Assembly (NCBI GenBank): GCA_002269645.1
Contig: NIVC01000458.1
Span: 124,001 to 188,000, forward strand
DNA length: 64,000 nt
Source: Macrostomum lignano
Taxonomy: Eukaryota
Reading direction: 5' to 3'
Positions 1-13,154 of this stretch are shown here, piece after piece. Every line of letters begins with the position of its first letter. Position 1 is the stretch's first letter. Under the pieces are notes generated by a model that was given only the letters and a program-made list of their open reading frames with translations, had not been told where the DNA came from and searched no databases. The position numbers and the translations under genes are program-made.

Positions 1-191
1 CGCGGCGAAGCTGAGCCAGTCGCACCGCTAGTTACTAGGCTAGCCAGAGTGCGAATCAGTTTGGAGAAACTGCCACCTCTGGTGAGCACAACGGCTGTGT
101 AGCCTTGATTAGAGTTCAATGGAGCCGTGTGAAACAGAGGCGGAGACGGCGAGACGGGCAGGCCGGCAACAGACTGGGGACCGTTGGACTC
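1..191 (-). CDS. EXT2: Exostosin-2-like glycosyltransferase, coding exon 3 (runs off window edge)
   Basis: Manual translation after the ccccag acceptor gives ESNGPQSVAGLPVSPSPPLFHTAPLNSNQGYTAVVLT, matching EXT2 PLF...QGFTAIVLT at the start of the GT64 domain. It joins in phase to the exon ending PSMQ. Confidence 0.8.
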
Positions 192-240
192 CTGGGGTTG
201 GCGGAGAACTCAGCTCAGTCAGTTTTGTGTGTATTCAGCT

Positions 241-920
241 GAGTCAGCTGCGTGAACTGAGAACACAGCTAGATGGAGTGACATCACGCGGCAAGCCGAG
301 TGACAGATTCGATAAACTGAGAACACGTATAGATGGAGTGACACCAAGCGGTAAGCCGAGTGACAGATTCGATCAACTGAGAACACGTATAGATGGAGTG
401 ACACCAAGCGGTAAGCCGAGTGACAGATTCGATCAACTGAGAACACAGGGAGATAGAGTGACACCAAGCGGTAAGCCGAGTGACAGATTCAATCAACTGA
501 GAACACGGATAGATGGAGTGACACTAAGCGGTAAGCCGAGTGACAGATTCGATCAACTGAGAACACGGATAGATGGAGTGACACCAAGCGGTAAGCCGAG
601 TGACAGATTCGATAAACTGAGAACACGTATAGATGGAGTGACACCAAGCGGTAAGCCGAGTGACAGATCCAATCAACTGAGAACACGGATAGATGGAGTG
701 ACACCAAGCGGTAAGCCGAGTGACAGATTCAATCAACTGAGAACACGGATAGATGGAGTGACACCAAGCGGTAAGCCGAGTGACAGATCCAATCAACTGA
801 GAACACGGATAGATGGAGTGACACCAAGCGGTAAGCCGAGTGACAGATTCAATCAACTGAAAACACGGATAGATGGAGTGACACCAAGCGGTAAGCCGAG
901 TGACAGATTCGATCAACTGA
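241..920. repeat. 60-bp minisatellite, about 11 copies, filling EXT2 intron 2
   Basis: Unit ACTGAGAACACGGATAGATGGAGTGACACCAAGCGGTAAGCCGAGTGACAGATTCGATCA in tandem, starting about 10 nt inside the intron from the donor at 929. Confidence 0.97.
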
Positions 921-929
921 GTCGCTCAC

Positions 930-1493
930 CTGCATAGACGGAGCCATATAAGGGAAAACTCGATCATTAAGAATCTGCAGCACGGCCAGAGCCACAGCAG
1001 CGGGGCTGGCAAAGTATCGCTTATAAATAACGCGCATCTGATAGCGCATAAAAGCCACGTATTGGCGAGAAAATTTTGTCAACATTCGAAACAAGCTGCC
1101 AACGTCAGCTTCCCGATTTAATCGAATACTAAATCGATTCCATTCAATTAGCTCGTGAAATGGAAACACATTAGTGTTGGTGAGAATCACCGGGATGCAC
1201 TGACGGCTGACAGCGTCTAGGAGGGCAGCGGAGCCGGTTAACTGGGTGTAGAACACTAGGCAGAAGGTGGCCTTGGACAGCACATCTGGATAGGCGTATC
1301 TAGTACCGTTTCTAGCGCAGCGAGACTCCTCAGTTGCGGCCGAGGCCGACGGGCAGAAGTTCAATTGTAGGAAGCGTCTGTCGCCGAGGCTTCGGCGGAG
1401 TCGCTTCACCGGTTCGGGTGCGCTGGGTGGAGCGGATGCCAGCAACACGGGGCGCTCGGTTGAGTCAAGAGAGTCGTCGCTAAACGACTCCGT
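930..1493 (-). CDS. EXT2: Exostosin-2-like, coding exon 2 (GT47 C-terminal part); acceptor position approximate
   Basis: YPDVLSKATFCLV...CIPVIL...FPFHELIEWNR...ALAVLQILNDRVFPY matches EXT2 YPQVLQEATFCVV...CVPVVI...LPFSEVLDWKR...ALATLQIINDRIYPY. Donor CAG|GTGAGC at 930/929. Confidence 0.88.
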
Positions 1494-1639
1494 CTTGAGT
1501 TGGTTGGGAAAGTTGATTCAGAAGAATCTATTACTGCATAAGAATTTCCAAGCAAATTTTAAATGTGATGTAGAGGGCAATTCTATGGACAAGCGTCAGA
1601 GAGAGTCTATGGCCAATATAGGTACGACTGTCCGGGAGA

Positions 1640-2478
1640 ATTCATAAGAATCTAGATGGGCGATTGGCAGGGAGAATTTAGAAGAGTCTAGGGGATTGCC
1701 AGGGATAATTCAGAAGAGTCTAGGGGCGATTGTCAGAGAGGATTCAGAAGAGTCTAGGGGCGATTGTCAGAGAGGATTCAGAAGAGTCTAGGGGATTGGC
1801 AAGGAGAATTCAGAAGAGTCTAGGGGATTGTCAGGGAGAATTCAGAAGAGTCTATGAGCGATTGCCAGGGAGAATTCAGAAGAGTCTACGAGCGATTGCC
1901 AGGGAGAATTAAGAAGAGTCTATGAGCGATTGTCAGGGAGAATTCAGAAGAGTCTAGGGGTGATTGTCAGAGAGGATTCAGAAGAGTCTAGGGGTGATTG
2001 TCAGGGAGAATTCAGAAGAGTCTAGGGGTGATTGTCAGGGAGAATTCAGAAGAGTCTAGGGGTGATTGTCAGGGAGAATTCAGAAGAGTCTAGGGGTGAT
2101 TGTCAGAGAGGATTCAGAAGAGTCTAGGGGATTGCCAGGGAGAATTCAGAAGAGTCTAGGGGTGATTGTCAGAGAGGATTCAGAAGAGTCTAGGGGTGAT
2201 TGTCAGAGAGGATTCAGAAGAGTCTAGGGGATTGCCAGGGAGAATTCAGAAGAGTCTAGGGGATTGCCAGGGAGAATTCAGAAGAGTCTAGGGGTGATTG
2301 TCAGAGAGGATTCAGAAGAGTCTAGGGGTGATTGTCAGGGAGAATTCAGAAGAGTCTAGCGGTGATTGTCAGGGAGAATTCAGAAGAGTCTAGGGGTGAT
2401 TGTCAGGGAGAATTCAGAAGAGTCTAGGGGTGATTGTCAGGGAGAATTCAGAAGAGTCCAGATTATGGGCGATTGTCA
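1640..2478. repeat. 32-34 bp minisatellite in EXT2 intron 1
   Basis: Unit GGGAGAATTCAGAAGAGTCTAGGGG(T)GATTGTCA, more than 20 copies with variants. Confidence 0.96.
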
Positions 2479-2511
2479 GTTAGGGTTAAAGAGAAGGCAG
2501 CAAACTCTCAC

Positions 2512-3253
2512 CTGATCGTCAGGCCGCCCAGCAGCCAGGGTAGGCAAAGCAATATCAAACGTTGATCGATAGGTTCGCTCAGTAAAACTGGCGCTGGCCA
2601 CCATAGCCTTAGACAATGGCAGACGAATTATGGTGGGCCCCGGTCGCACTAGAGCTACGCGTACCGGATAGGCCTCTAACAATAAATGATTAACGCCATT
2701 GCCCGACCATTTGGGCAGGTGATAGAGATACTGAGGCAGCCAATCTAGCTCATAATTACTGGGATTCAGCGTGTCAATATCTGGCAGAAATACGCACGCT
2801 CTATCCGGAATCCGGATCCTCAGTATAAAATGGCGAATCTCGAATCGCTCGCATTAAATTATCAAATTGTCTACTGCGAAACTGAAACAGCCGGTGCCCG
2901 CCGGGTGTATAGTAGCGACGCCTAGGATAGATGTACACCCCGATACGGTGCTCGCCAACCAGACGACAGGCGTCAATGTCAAAGCAGGTGTGATAAGTGC
3001 ACTTCATGTTGCGCAGACTGAAGTTAAAACCTGGCACCGGGTGTATCACTACGCTGGGAGTGTTCACCTCATCTGAGCCCGTGTCCAAAACCAGCCTAGT
3101 TGAGCCAACTGGCGGAGGGGGAACTCTCTGACTCACTAGCCAAGCTAGGTAGGCCAGCCATAGCAGCGTTACTATGGCAACTGTGCCTAGCATTGTTCTA
3201 GTGGATTCCGCCATGTTTTGTTTAATCAACTTCTTCCTGCAAAAATTTGGCAT
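2512..3253 (-). CDS. EXT2: Exostosin-2-like, coding exon 1 (type II TM anchor plus GT47 N-terminus), interrupted by a 7-bp duplication frameshift
   Basis: First ATG at 3253, TM segment LGTVAIVTLLWLAYLAWLV, CTYHTCFDIDAC...VYIYP...AIRDSPFYTEDPD. After removing one ATCCGGA copy (2803-2816) it reads RACVFLPDIDTLN...NGVNHLL...TYRSTFDIALP. Donor CAG|GTGAGA at 2512/2511. Confidence 0.85.
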
Positions 3254-6200
3254 TCTGAGATCAACTTTTTTGGGATTGGGTAGGTTCAAGACTAAAATTT
3301 TTTATGGTATCCTATGATTTCTGGTATCCATTTAAAAATATCTGTTTAGAATTCTCCTTCATATAGATTAGGATATAGAAGTCAAGGCTTTTGACTTATA
3401 GACTTTAAAGGTTTTAAATAGAAATTTTAATAGAAAAATAAAATTGATAACCATTTTTAAATAAAATTTGATGATAAATTCAAATTATTTTTTTATGTTA
3501 TGAATACTTTTAGATAAATTGCAAAACTTTTAGTCAAAAAAGATATGAGATTCAACCAAGGCAGATAAGGCTAGGCCCCCTATCTGAGTTAAAGGATATA
3601 CAAAATTATAAGAAACAAACGCACCAGTTTTAGTATTAGGAAGAGGACTAAGCATCTTTCTATGCCTCCTCCTTTTCTATAGGTCTTGAACCATTGACCT
3701 GATTGTAGGCCTAGCCAAAAGCCATTTTATATTAGCCACAATCCATCTCAATAATTACAACAAAGTTGGCATATCTATAAGTGGCACTTAGATAATATCA
3801 AAAATAACTAATGATAACAAAGATTGTAGTTTTATAACTATCTAATACATTTGACCCTTGGCTATACATATATGTACTCTTTAAAGAACTAAAATTAAAG
3901 TTATAAAACTAAAGTTAACTAACTAACTAAAGAACTAAAGTTATAAAAAATTTATAGACTATAGACCCAATTAGTAATTTTTAATTAATTAATAAAACTA
4001 TAAAGGCCTTGAAGCATATACTTGTTAAGACTAAAAACTGCCATGCTATTGCTAGGGGGTCAGCAAGATTTTGAAACTTCTAAATTTCTAATTTTTTATT
4101 ATTTAGTATGATAGATATTGTTTGCATAAGTAAAAAGACACCTCACTTTTGAATTTTGGTCAAGTAATAAAAAAGTTATAGAATTTTTCCCATAAGGTAC
4201 TGTGATCATTTTTCTTCAAAATGTCTAATTTTCTGAGTTATTGATTATATAACTTTTGAATTATCCAATGGATTTTTTTTGCCTAATATGTCATTATAAT
4301 ATTTATTATATTTATTATATTATAATATGTCATTATAATATTTCTATTTATGTCATTTTTTATCATTTTTCTTGTAGATTATTTTGTATTAGTGCTTTGA
4401 AAAATACAATTGATAGTTTTTCTTCTATTCTCAAAATAATGAGGTGCCATAAATGGAATTTTAATTTTTAGACCACAATTATTCCATTTTTATCCTTATA
4501 TAGATCATCCAGGTATAGCAACAAGCCGATCTAGCTGTCTGGCAAGGGGCCTAGCCAAGGTAAGTTGCAAAAATACCCATCTAGCAGAGGAGTACTAATT
4601 AGATGACGAGGTATTTACTCCTGCTGTTTACCCAAGCCATTGGTATCATTGTTGGAGTTGTGGTAAGATCTAGCAATGAGATCATTGTTTCCTCTTGTTT
4701 GTATGCCATTTTGGATAATAAAACAGAAGAAAAAAGTCAATTTGCTACTAAATGGTTATGCATACATATTGTTGGGGGTCATGTTTAGACCATTATGTGG
4801 GTAAAGTATAAAAATTTTATACTATGATAAATTCTATATAAAAAACAGGTGCTGGCAATTGGGTGCACTAGATTAATTAGTAAAAATAATAGTTTCAAGT
4901 TTTTAACTCAATTTTTACAATACATAATTGTTTTTTCCTCAAAAAACATATAAAAAGTAAAATTTATTGTTTTTTTCTATCTATTTTCATCAACATTGTT
5001 TTACTACACCTTTCTCCTTTTTTATGTGTTGCCACTTTTTAGAAACATACACTTATGAAAAAAGCACAAACATGAAATTTAGAGAAAAAACCAAAATCTT
5101 TTAACATATATAACTTTTTGTCAATGTTGACCGATTCTCTTATAAAAACATTTATCTAAAGCAAAATTTTATAATCTTTTGAACCCTTCCATCTTTATTC
5201 AATGAAAACTTCTATTTTTTAGTGTTTTTCTTAATCAAACATACTACCCTTTTATTGATTTTCTAATTTTTCTACTTTTCTGTGTTGTTCAATGGACCTG
5301 CTATTGCTACTATTGCAAACAAGTTTTAGAATTGCCTATTAGGAAGCTAACTTTTCTTTGTAAAAAGAGTAAAATATTTATTTTTGGTAAAATTAATAAG
5401 GCATTGCCATTGGTAGTTACAATTAAAATTGTTAACTAGGTTTTATTTATGATATTGTTATATATTTACAAGCAAACTAGGCCCTAAATTGTAAAAAACC
5501 TTTTGGCTATTTTTACAATCCCTATTTAGGACACACACTTTAGAAAAAGAGTCAGATTATTTTACCATGCTTTAGGATTATGAGAAATCATTTTCTATTG
5601 AAATCAATATTTGCTAACTTTCCAAAACTGTAATTGAAATTTTCTGAAATCAAAATTTAGAAAAACAAAGTTTAGTATGACCAAAACTCACTTTTTTACT
5701 CTTGATTTACTGCTTATACAAAACAAAATACAGGTATATATAGCACAATTTATTTTTTTTAGCCACTCTTTTTTTACAGTTCTAAAATTTTGATTTCTAA
5801 TTTTTTTTAAAAATCAAAATTCACTCTTAAAAATTAAAAATTTTGGAAAATCAAAATCAAAATTTTGGAACATCTCCAAGCATTATATGAGAAATTACAA
5901 GTATATAGGCCCCTTCCATAAAGGTTAGACCCTCTTCCATATATATTTTTAAACTATATTAAAGTAGCTTTTTAAAGTTCTATGTCTATAGAATCAATAG
6001 ACTTCTTTATATTAAGCCTTTGGCTATGCTTAATTCTAGGCCTATGCTAAGTATGAGATGTCTTCTACTCAATCTGGCAATAGACAATCTAGCATTCTAG
6101 CAATATATTTTTTTGTAGATTTTAGTACTGAATCTAATGCTTTATACATGTGTAGTGCTCTTGTTCCAATCTAGGATGTGTCAATCCTAATGAAGTTACT

Positions 6201-7149
6201 ATAATGAATAAATTTAACTTTACAAATTAAACTTATCCAGCTGCTTATTATATAATATAAATGCTTAATGTGTATATGCCCTATAAGTCAGACCTCATTT
6301 ATATTCATTTATTTGTTGCTATTTATGAACTATACAAATATAAAGTTTATAAACAATTAGGGGCCTAGTTGTTAAGATTTTTTTCCTTTTAACAAGATTT
6401 GAGAATCAAAGAACCAAAAAATTGCTGGTTGCATTGCAATTTCCAAGTATTTGCCATACTAAAAAAACAAAGAGAATGCAATATTTAGTCATAACTATTC
6501 CATTTAATTTAATAAATTCTACATAATTAAATGTTTGCAAAATTAAATAATAATAAAAATAGAATCTAGTATATAGCCTTAGTAATCTATATAAATGCTT
6601 AATTATTGATTTAATAGCTTTTACTCATATTATACATTGTTGCTAGATTGCCTATTGCTTAATTGACTATTATCTACACTCTTAATAATTTAGTATATAC
6701 CAAAAAATTGGGCATGCATAGTAGGCCAATAATAGGCATTACTAATAGTAGGCATGCAGTTGGCATACATCACTCCTAAGAAAATAGTGTGCACGCACAC
6801 CTAGTATACACTTTATAGAATATAGAATCATATGGAAAGGTTTTAAATAAAAAAGAAAGAAGTTTATTTTTAAACATAAATTTCAAGCTTAGGGCCTACT
6901 AGGTTTTTAAGCTCATAATAAGGTAATTGAACAAATATTTGCATGATTTGAGTTTCTACTATAAATAATATAGGCAAAAAGCACAAAAATCAATCAAATT
7001 ATTAGCCAAGAAAAGTATCTTTATGCTACCTAAAAAAGGCTATTTATTGTTGCAATAGGCCTACTAGCATAGATTTGAGAGTGAATATGCACTCATTTTT
7101 TGGTATACATTTGTAATTATTCCATTTTTGTTTAAGCATGCATTTATAC

Positions 7150-7542
7150 TAGAGGTCGGACGGGATTGAAATCTTCGGGCGGGATCGGGATTGGGAATAA
7201 TTTTTTTCTTGGGATCGGGATCGGGATTCGGGAATCTTGATCAGGTCTTTTAGTGTATTGTCCATGTAAAGTTAAACAAAATCGAGAAAAGATTGTCAAG
7301 ATCAAGAAGTAAAACACAACGAAATTGATATGAAGTTTTGTAACCAACAAAGTTAATAATATAACGAGTACAAGTTGAAGCAAAATACCTTCAAGTAATC
7401 ACTAATTCTATAAATTATTAATCGAAAGACCTGTTCCTGAATCTCAAGTTTTTTAGGGTCGGGATTCTGGTCCTGCGAGAATTCAATTTTGCTCGGGATC
7501 CCGAGATTTCGGGATCAGGATCGGGATCCCGTCCGACCTCTA
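7150..7542. mobile_element. Non-autonomous hAT-type MITE
   Basis: 16-bp TIR TAGAGGTCGGACGGGA / TCCCGTCCGACCTCTA, perfect 8-bp TSD ATTTATAC (7142-7149, 7543-7550), GGGATC subterminal motifs. Confidence 0.92.
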
Positions 7543-9239
7543 ATTTATACCTAGCATGATCTAGACTACACACTTTAGACTACAGTCACCAGATTCTCTA
7601 TTGCCAGATTGATTAGATAGGATAGTATGGATACCTTGTATTGTAATATGATAAAACATAATTTATTTTATTTAAGACAAAAATATAGGCCTAGGCCTAT
7701 TAATATCATATGTGCATAAAAATATTTGCAGTCTTCTGTTTCCTATAGGGCGTAATGGTAATAACAATTTCATGCCAATATTAGTAATACTAAGCCTAGT
7801 ACTAGCAGTAGGTCTAAGACTAAACAAGCCCTGGGTTTATTACTTTTTATCTATTGTATGATTGTCTTGTTTTGTATAAGGAAGTGCTTATCCCCATGGT
7901 CCTGGTCCCATGCCAATAATTCTAATTTTATCCATATAGATCCGTCATCCATGTCTAGGCCCTATAATTTTCAGCTTATCCCCATGGCAGCTTATTGAAA
8001 TAGCTGCCACCATTCAAGTCTATAGGCCGTGTCAATGATTCCAATTTTATTCACATAACTTCCACCATTGGATTGGATCTATTCTTAATTGAATTCCTAT
8101 CTATGCACTGCATGCTATGCTATGCATAAAAATCATATGCTAGGGCCTATTTATGCACTAAAATAGTATTGAAGGCTTTTGCTATCAGTTTAAAAACAAT
8201 GATTTATTGTAATCTTTACTATCTATTGCTGATAGGAGTGATAGTGATAATATAATAATAGATCAAGTTTGACTGCTTCTGCACTGTTCGCAGTGTGCAA
8301 TATAATTTTCACTAAAAATCTAAATTGAAAGTATGCATATTCTGGTCTTTAAAAATCTATACAAACCTGCATATGCTGCATTACTACAACTCAAACAAAA
8401 CAATAGTTAATCTAGCTAGCTAACAGTTAGGTGAGTGAGTTGAGTTCGCAGCAATCACTACAACTCCGAGCCTCCGCTTCACCGCTGGTCGATGCAATCA
8501 AGATACGCTTTATAGGAAATAAATACTTTTGAAATCGCGCGCTAAAGCATGCAGTTATCGAGCAACTTTCGGCACAAGACGTACCTACCAAAGATATCTA
8601 TTCCGCCACTTATATTTAGTAAGATGACTACTCATTAGAAATAAAATCTATACATCCTTTAAAAAAAGCATGACCGAGCCATGCATGGTAACATGACAGG
8701 TTGAATTGACAACATGCATGTGTGTAATTAGTTCATGGTAGGGCATCCCCAGAAAGACAAGATTCTATAAATTAAATATTTAAGTCTGAACTCTGACTTT
8801 GGATAACAAAAGAAAATGTTATCATTCAATGTATTCAATTAAAAGTAGAATGCAGAAGTATATGACTTCCTAGCTAACTTTAGTTTTTCAACTTTGGATT
8901 TTCCAAAAAATCCTTTTTTGATTTTTTACAATTTTAATTTTAGAAACAATAGTTTTTATACGAGCACTTGTAAGCTGTTGAAACCTGCGGATCTTGAACC
9001 CGTGGAATTCCAATCCCCGGAATTATCTTCACACATATTCTAAAATTTGAAGTCATACTCAAACAAAAACTTGTTAATAGTTAGGATGGAGATGAACATA
9101 AAATGGAGCAAATTCGTGTAAAATTAAGATTAGAGGCAAGCATTGATCTTTTTGGCTGGGGTGCTGTGCAGAATATCAGGCAATGTCGATCTAAAACATG
9201 TATTGGAAAAGTCAGGAAAACTCTGGACCTCTGCCTCTG

Positions 9240-10710
9240 CCTCTCTCTACATGTACATCTATCGGATCCTTTGAAACTACTATCTTCGCTTCTGTTTCCT
9301 CTCTTCTCTCTCATCTTTTGTCTCTCCTGTCATCTCTTCTTTCCTCTTTCCTCTCTCCTCGATCTCTCCCCTCTTCTTTTGTCTCTTCCCCCACCTCTCT
9401 TCTCTCACGTCTTTTCTCTCATCCCTCCTTTCTCTTCTTTTATCTCTGCTCTTTTATCTCTTCACATTTCTCTTTTTTTCTCGCCTCTCTCTTCTCTCAT
9501 CTCATCTCTTTGCTGTTCTTTCCTCTCTCCTCTTTCCTCACTCTTTTCTCTCTGCTCTCCTCTCTCCCCTCTACTCTCGTCTCTTCCCTTTCCTCTCTTT
9601 TCTCTCCTCTCTTCTCTCTCATCTCTCTCATCTCATATCTTCTCTCTTATTTCCTCTCTCCTCTCTCATCTTACTTACCTCTCTGCTCCCCGCTCCCCAT
9701 CTCTCTTCTCTCTACTTTCTCCCCTCTCCATTCTCTTTCCTCTCCCCTCTCTCCCCTGTTGTCGATTCTCTCCCCTCTTCTCTCCTTACTCCACTTCTTT
9801 CTCCATTTGTCTCTCTTCTCTGCTCTCACACATTTCTCTTCTCCCTACTCTCTCCTCTCGTCTCCATAATCTCTTCTCTCTCCTCTGTTCTCTCTACTCT
9901 CCCATCTCTTGTCTGTTTACTCTCGTCTCTGTTCTCTGTTCTCCCCTCTCTCTTCTGTCAACTTTAATCTCTTATATGTTCTCTCATTTCTTTCCCCTTT
10001 ACTCTTTTATTTCCCGTCTTTGACTCCTCTCTTTCCTTTCTCCTCTCTTCTCTTCTCTTGTCTCTTCTCTTCTCTCTCCACTCTCCTCTCTCTTCTCTTT
10101 CATCTCTCATCTCTCATCTCTCATTTCTCATTTCTCCTGCCATCTCTACCACCTTATCTCTTTTCTCTTAACTTTACTCTCTCGTCTCTCATTTTTCTTC
10201 TCTTATCTCTGCTTGCTATCTTACGAGCTACTCTCTCCTCTCTCCCCTCTTCTCACTCCTCACTCTCCCCTCTCTCAAAACTTCCCTCCTCTTCTCTCTC
10301 TCCTCTCTTCTTTCTACTTCTCTGCTCTCATTTCTAATCTCTCCTATCATCTCTATTCTCTCTCCTCTCTTGTCTCGATCTTCTCTCCTATCTACTCTCT
10401 CCCTCATGTCTAATCTGTACTATCCTTTTTAACATCTCTCCTATCTTCTCTCTGCTTGCCTATCTCCACCCTATAATATCTCCTTTCTCCACTCTCATCT
10501 CTCTACCCTCTCGTATCTACTCTCTCCTCTCTCATCTCTGTTCTCTTCTATCTGCTCTCTACTTTCTGCTATCTATTCTCTCCTCTCTCATCTCATCTCT
10601 CCCTCTTCTCTCCTCTACTCTCTCCTCCCATTTCTCCCTCCCTACTCCCTCCCCTTCTTCTCTACCCTCTCCTCTCACTTCTTTTCTCCTCTCACTTCTC
10701 CTCTCCTCTC
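9240..10710. repeat. 1.5-kb CT-rich low-complexity tract
   Basis: Degenerate (CT)n/(CTT)n sequence with almost no purines on the + strand. Confidence 0.95.
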
Positions 10711-11033
10711 ACAGTAAAAATATATACTCTGCAGAGATTAGCCAATAATTAGTGAACCAACAGAGTTTTTTTATGAGAATCTGCCAGGAAAAGTAAATGA
10801 ATTTGTGTTTAGCTTTCTATTCAAAAATTTTCCAACTGCAAATCCTAAAGTGTTCTTGGGCAAAAAACATTTAGAATGTTAGACTTAGCTATTGCATTCA
10901 TTCTTTGCGAGATCTTTTTTGAATTGTCATTTTTACTTTTCGGTAAAAATTAGCTTTTACAATAATTAAAAAACTCAATTCAAGATGTTGGCATTGCCCC
11001 TTCAGTTTTTACTGGGCCCAAACTGGGCCCCCC

Positions 11034-12543
11034 TGTCGCGACTTTCCTAGTCATTTCTTTAGTTCACCTTCACTTGTCTCTGTTTACTCTGTTTTCTCTC
11101 TTCTCTGTCCAGCTCAATCTTGTTATTCTTATCTCTCTCTCTCCCTTGCTGCGTTCTGATTGGCTCTCCGTTCTCGCCTCTTTCCTCAGTCGCGCACTCC
11201 ACCCCTCTCTTTATTATCTGCAATTCAAACCCCCTAAGTTAATGTCTGGTATAAATATACTTGTTTGGGCCCTGCGCCCACTTACTGGCTTATCTTAGGT
11301 TCAATTTAACTCCAAGTAACTCTCTAGTCTTTAGTTTAGTATTTTTTCTACATGGCGCCCAATGAAAAATAATTAAGTCAATTCAGTAAGGCTGGCAAAG
11401 GCCATGCCATCGTCATAGTCGTAACCCTCCACCAGTCATCTCGTCATCCCGTCTGTCGGCCTCATCGCTTCGTTTGTCGGCCTCATCGCTTCGTCTGTCG
11501 GCCTCATCGCTTCGTCTGTCGGCCTCATCGCTTCGTCTGCCGGGGGTGCGTCCTGCGGTGTCCTCTGTCTCTCTCGGTCTCAAATTCTCGGCCGGGGCAC
11601 CTCAGGGCTCGCCTGCCGGATCGTCTCTTCGCTCATCGTCTGCCGGGGGTGCGTCCTGCGGTGTCCTCGGTCTCTCTCGGTTTCCAATTCTCTGCCGGGG
11701 CGCCGCGGGGCTCGCCTGCCGGATCGTCTCTTCGCTCGCCTTCCGGATCGTCTCTTCGCTCGTCGTCTGCCGGGGTGCGTCCTGCGGTGTCCTCGGTCTC
11801 TCTCGGTTCAAATTCTCGGCCGGGGCGCCTCGGGGCTCGCCTGCCGGATCGTCTCTTCGCTCATCGCCTGCCAGATCGCCTCGTTAATTCGTCATTCAAT
11901 TTTTTCTTTCACCATGTAGTCACAATGTAAAAAATTAAATTAATTTTTAGGGGGGAAGGCGGATATATTCAGTCTTTTCAGTCTTCTCATTGGTTCAAAA
12001 ACTACTCAATAAAAATCTAAGTTTAAAATTCGGTCTAAATATTTTGCATTCGCTCTACTGTTTTTGTATTCAAATTCTTAGTCATTATGTATTTTTCAAA
12101 TCGTTTTATACACCATTTATTGTGAATGTGTTTTTCAATTTAATTCGACCTAATTCTAACTCATTAATTTCAATTGGTAAAGGTACTCGAAAATTCAAAA
12201 AATGTTCCATTTTTTGGGGGGGAGTGTCGCGACTTTCCTAGTCATTTCTTTAGTTCACCTTCACTTGTCTCTGTTTACTCTGTTTTCTCTCTTCTCTGTC
12301 CAGCTCAATCTTGTTATTCTTATCTCTCTCTCTCCCTTGCTGCGTTCTGATTGGCTCTCCGTTCTCGCCTCTTTCCTCAGTCGCGCACTCCACCCCTCTC
12401 TTTATTATCTGCAATTCAAACCCCCTAAGTTAATGTCTGGTATAAATATACTTGTTTGGGCCCTGCGCCCACTTACTGGCTTATCTTAGGTTCAATTTAA
12501 CTCCAAGTAACTCTCTAGTCTTTAGTTTAGTATTTTTTCTACA
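11034..12543 (+). mobile_element. Complete non-autonomous LTR retroelement (TRIM-like), 1510 bp
   Basis: Two 319-bp direct repeats TG...CA (11034-11352, 12225-12543) that read identically. PBS TGGCGCCCAA (tRNA-Lys type) at 11353, polypurine tract GGGGGGGAG before the 3' LTR, CCCCC target duplication, no gag/pol ORF inside. Confidence 0.93.
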
Positions 12544-12819
12544 CCCCCATCCTGAAACCTCTGGACGCGCCCCTGGGAATTAACTATAAAAAAATTAAAC
12601 CACTGAAATACTTGGGTTAAACTTAAAGGTTAAGTAGCAACAGCTACTGTATTTATGCATGCACACACATATATAATATCAGTCAAGTAGTTGCAAAGGA
12701 ACTTATAGTATCTCTACAATATTATTTACAAAAATTTTATTCGCTATGCTAGCTGCAGTAAAATGAGTACATACTTGTAAATATAGGCTTAAAAGGTGTG
12801 CGATACATCATTATGCGCA

Positions 12820-13154
12820 TTAGTACTTGACAAGTGGCACGCCCTCTGTTACCTCGTAGATGGAATTGTACGTTTTTCCGCCGCAACTTTCGCCAATTTC
12901 GCCGGGACACTTGGCTGGACAATAGACCTCCGTGACGCGGCCAAGGCGACCGTAGGAGTTGCCGCAGAAGCAGGCGTCGGTATCTTGCATGCCAAAGTAT
13001 TTTGCGCCTCGTAGTAAACAAAAACTGTTGCAAAGATGCTTGCGCATGTGCTGATAGCGGCCAACGTAGTCGGGTAAGTCGCGCTTTTTCTCACTGTCGG
13101 AGTAGCAGCCCAGTGCCGGAATCGAATGGACTGTGACGGGGTCCGGGTCGAGTT
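12820..13154 (-). CDS. WSC-domain exon of a probable secreted protein
   Basis: Acceptor ttctgcag at 13155, then LGCYSD...RDLP...CNSFC...YFGMQ...CFCGNSY...C...CPG...CGG...NSIY, the WSC cysteine pattern. The 3' end could be the stop at 12820 or a donor at GAG|GTAAC. Confidence 0.78.

Noticed and set aside
119-937. 272-aa + strand ORF with 20-aa repeats
   Set aside because: It is the translation of a 60-bp intronic minisatellite, antisense to and overlapping EXT2 splice sites.
9103-10413. Long Leu/Ser-rich ORFs
   Set aside because: By-product of a CT low-complexity tract that lacks stop codons.
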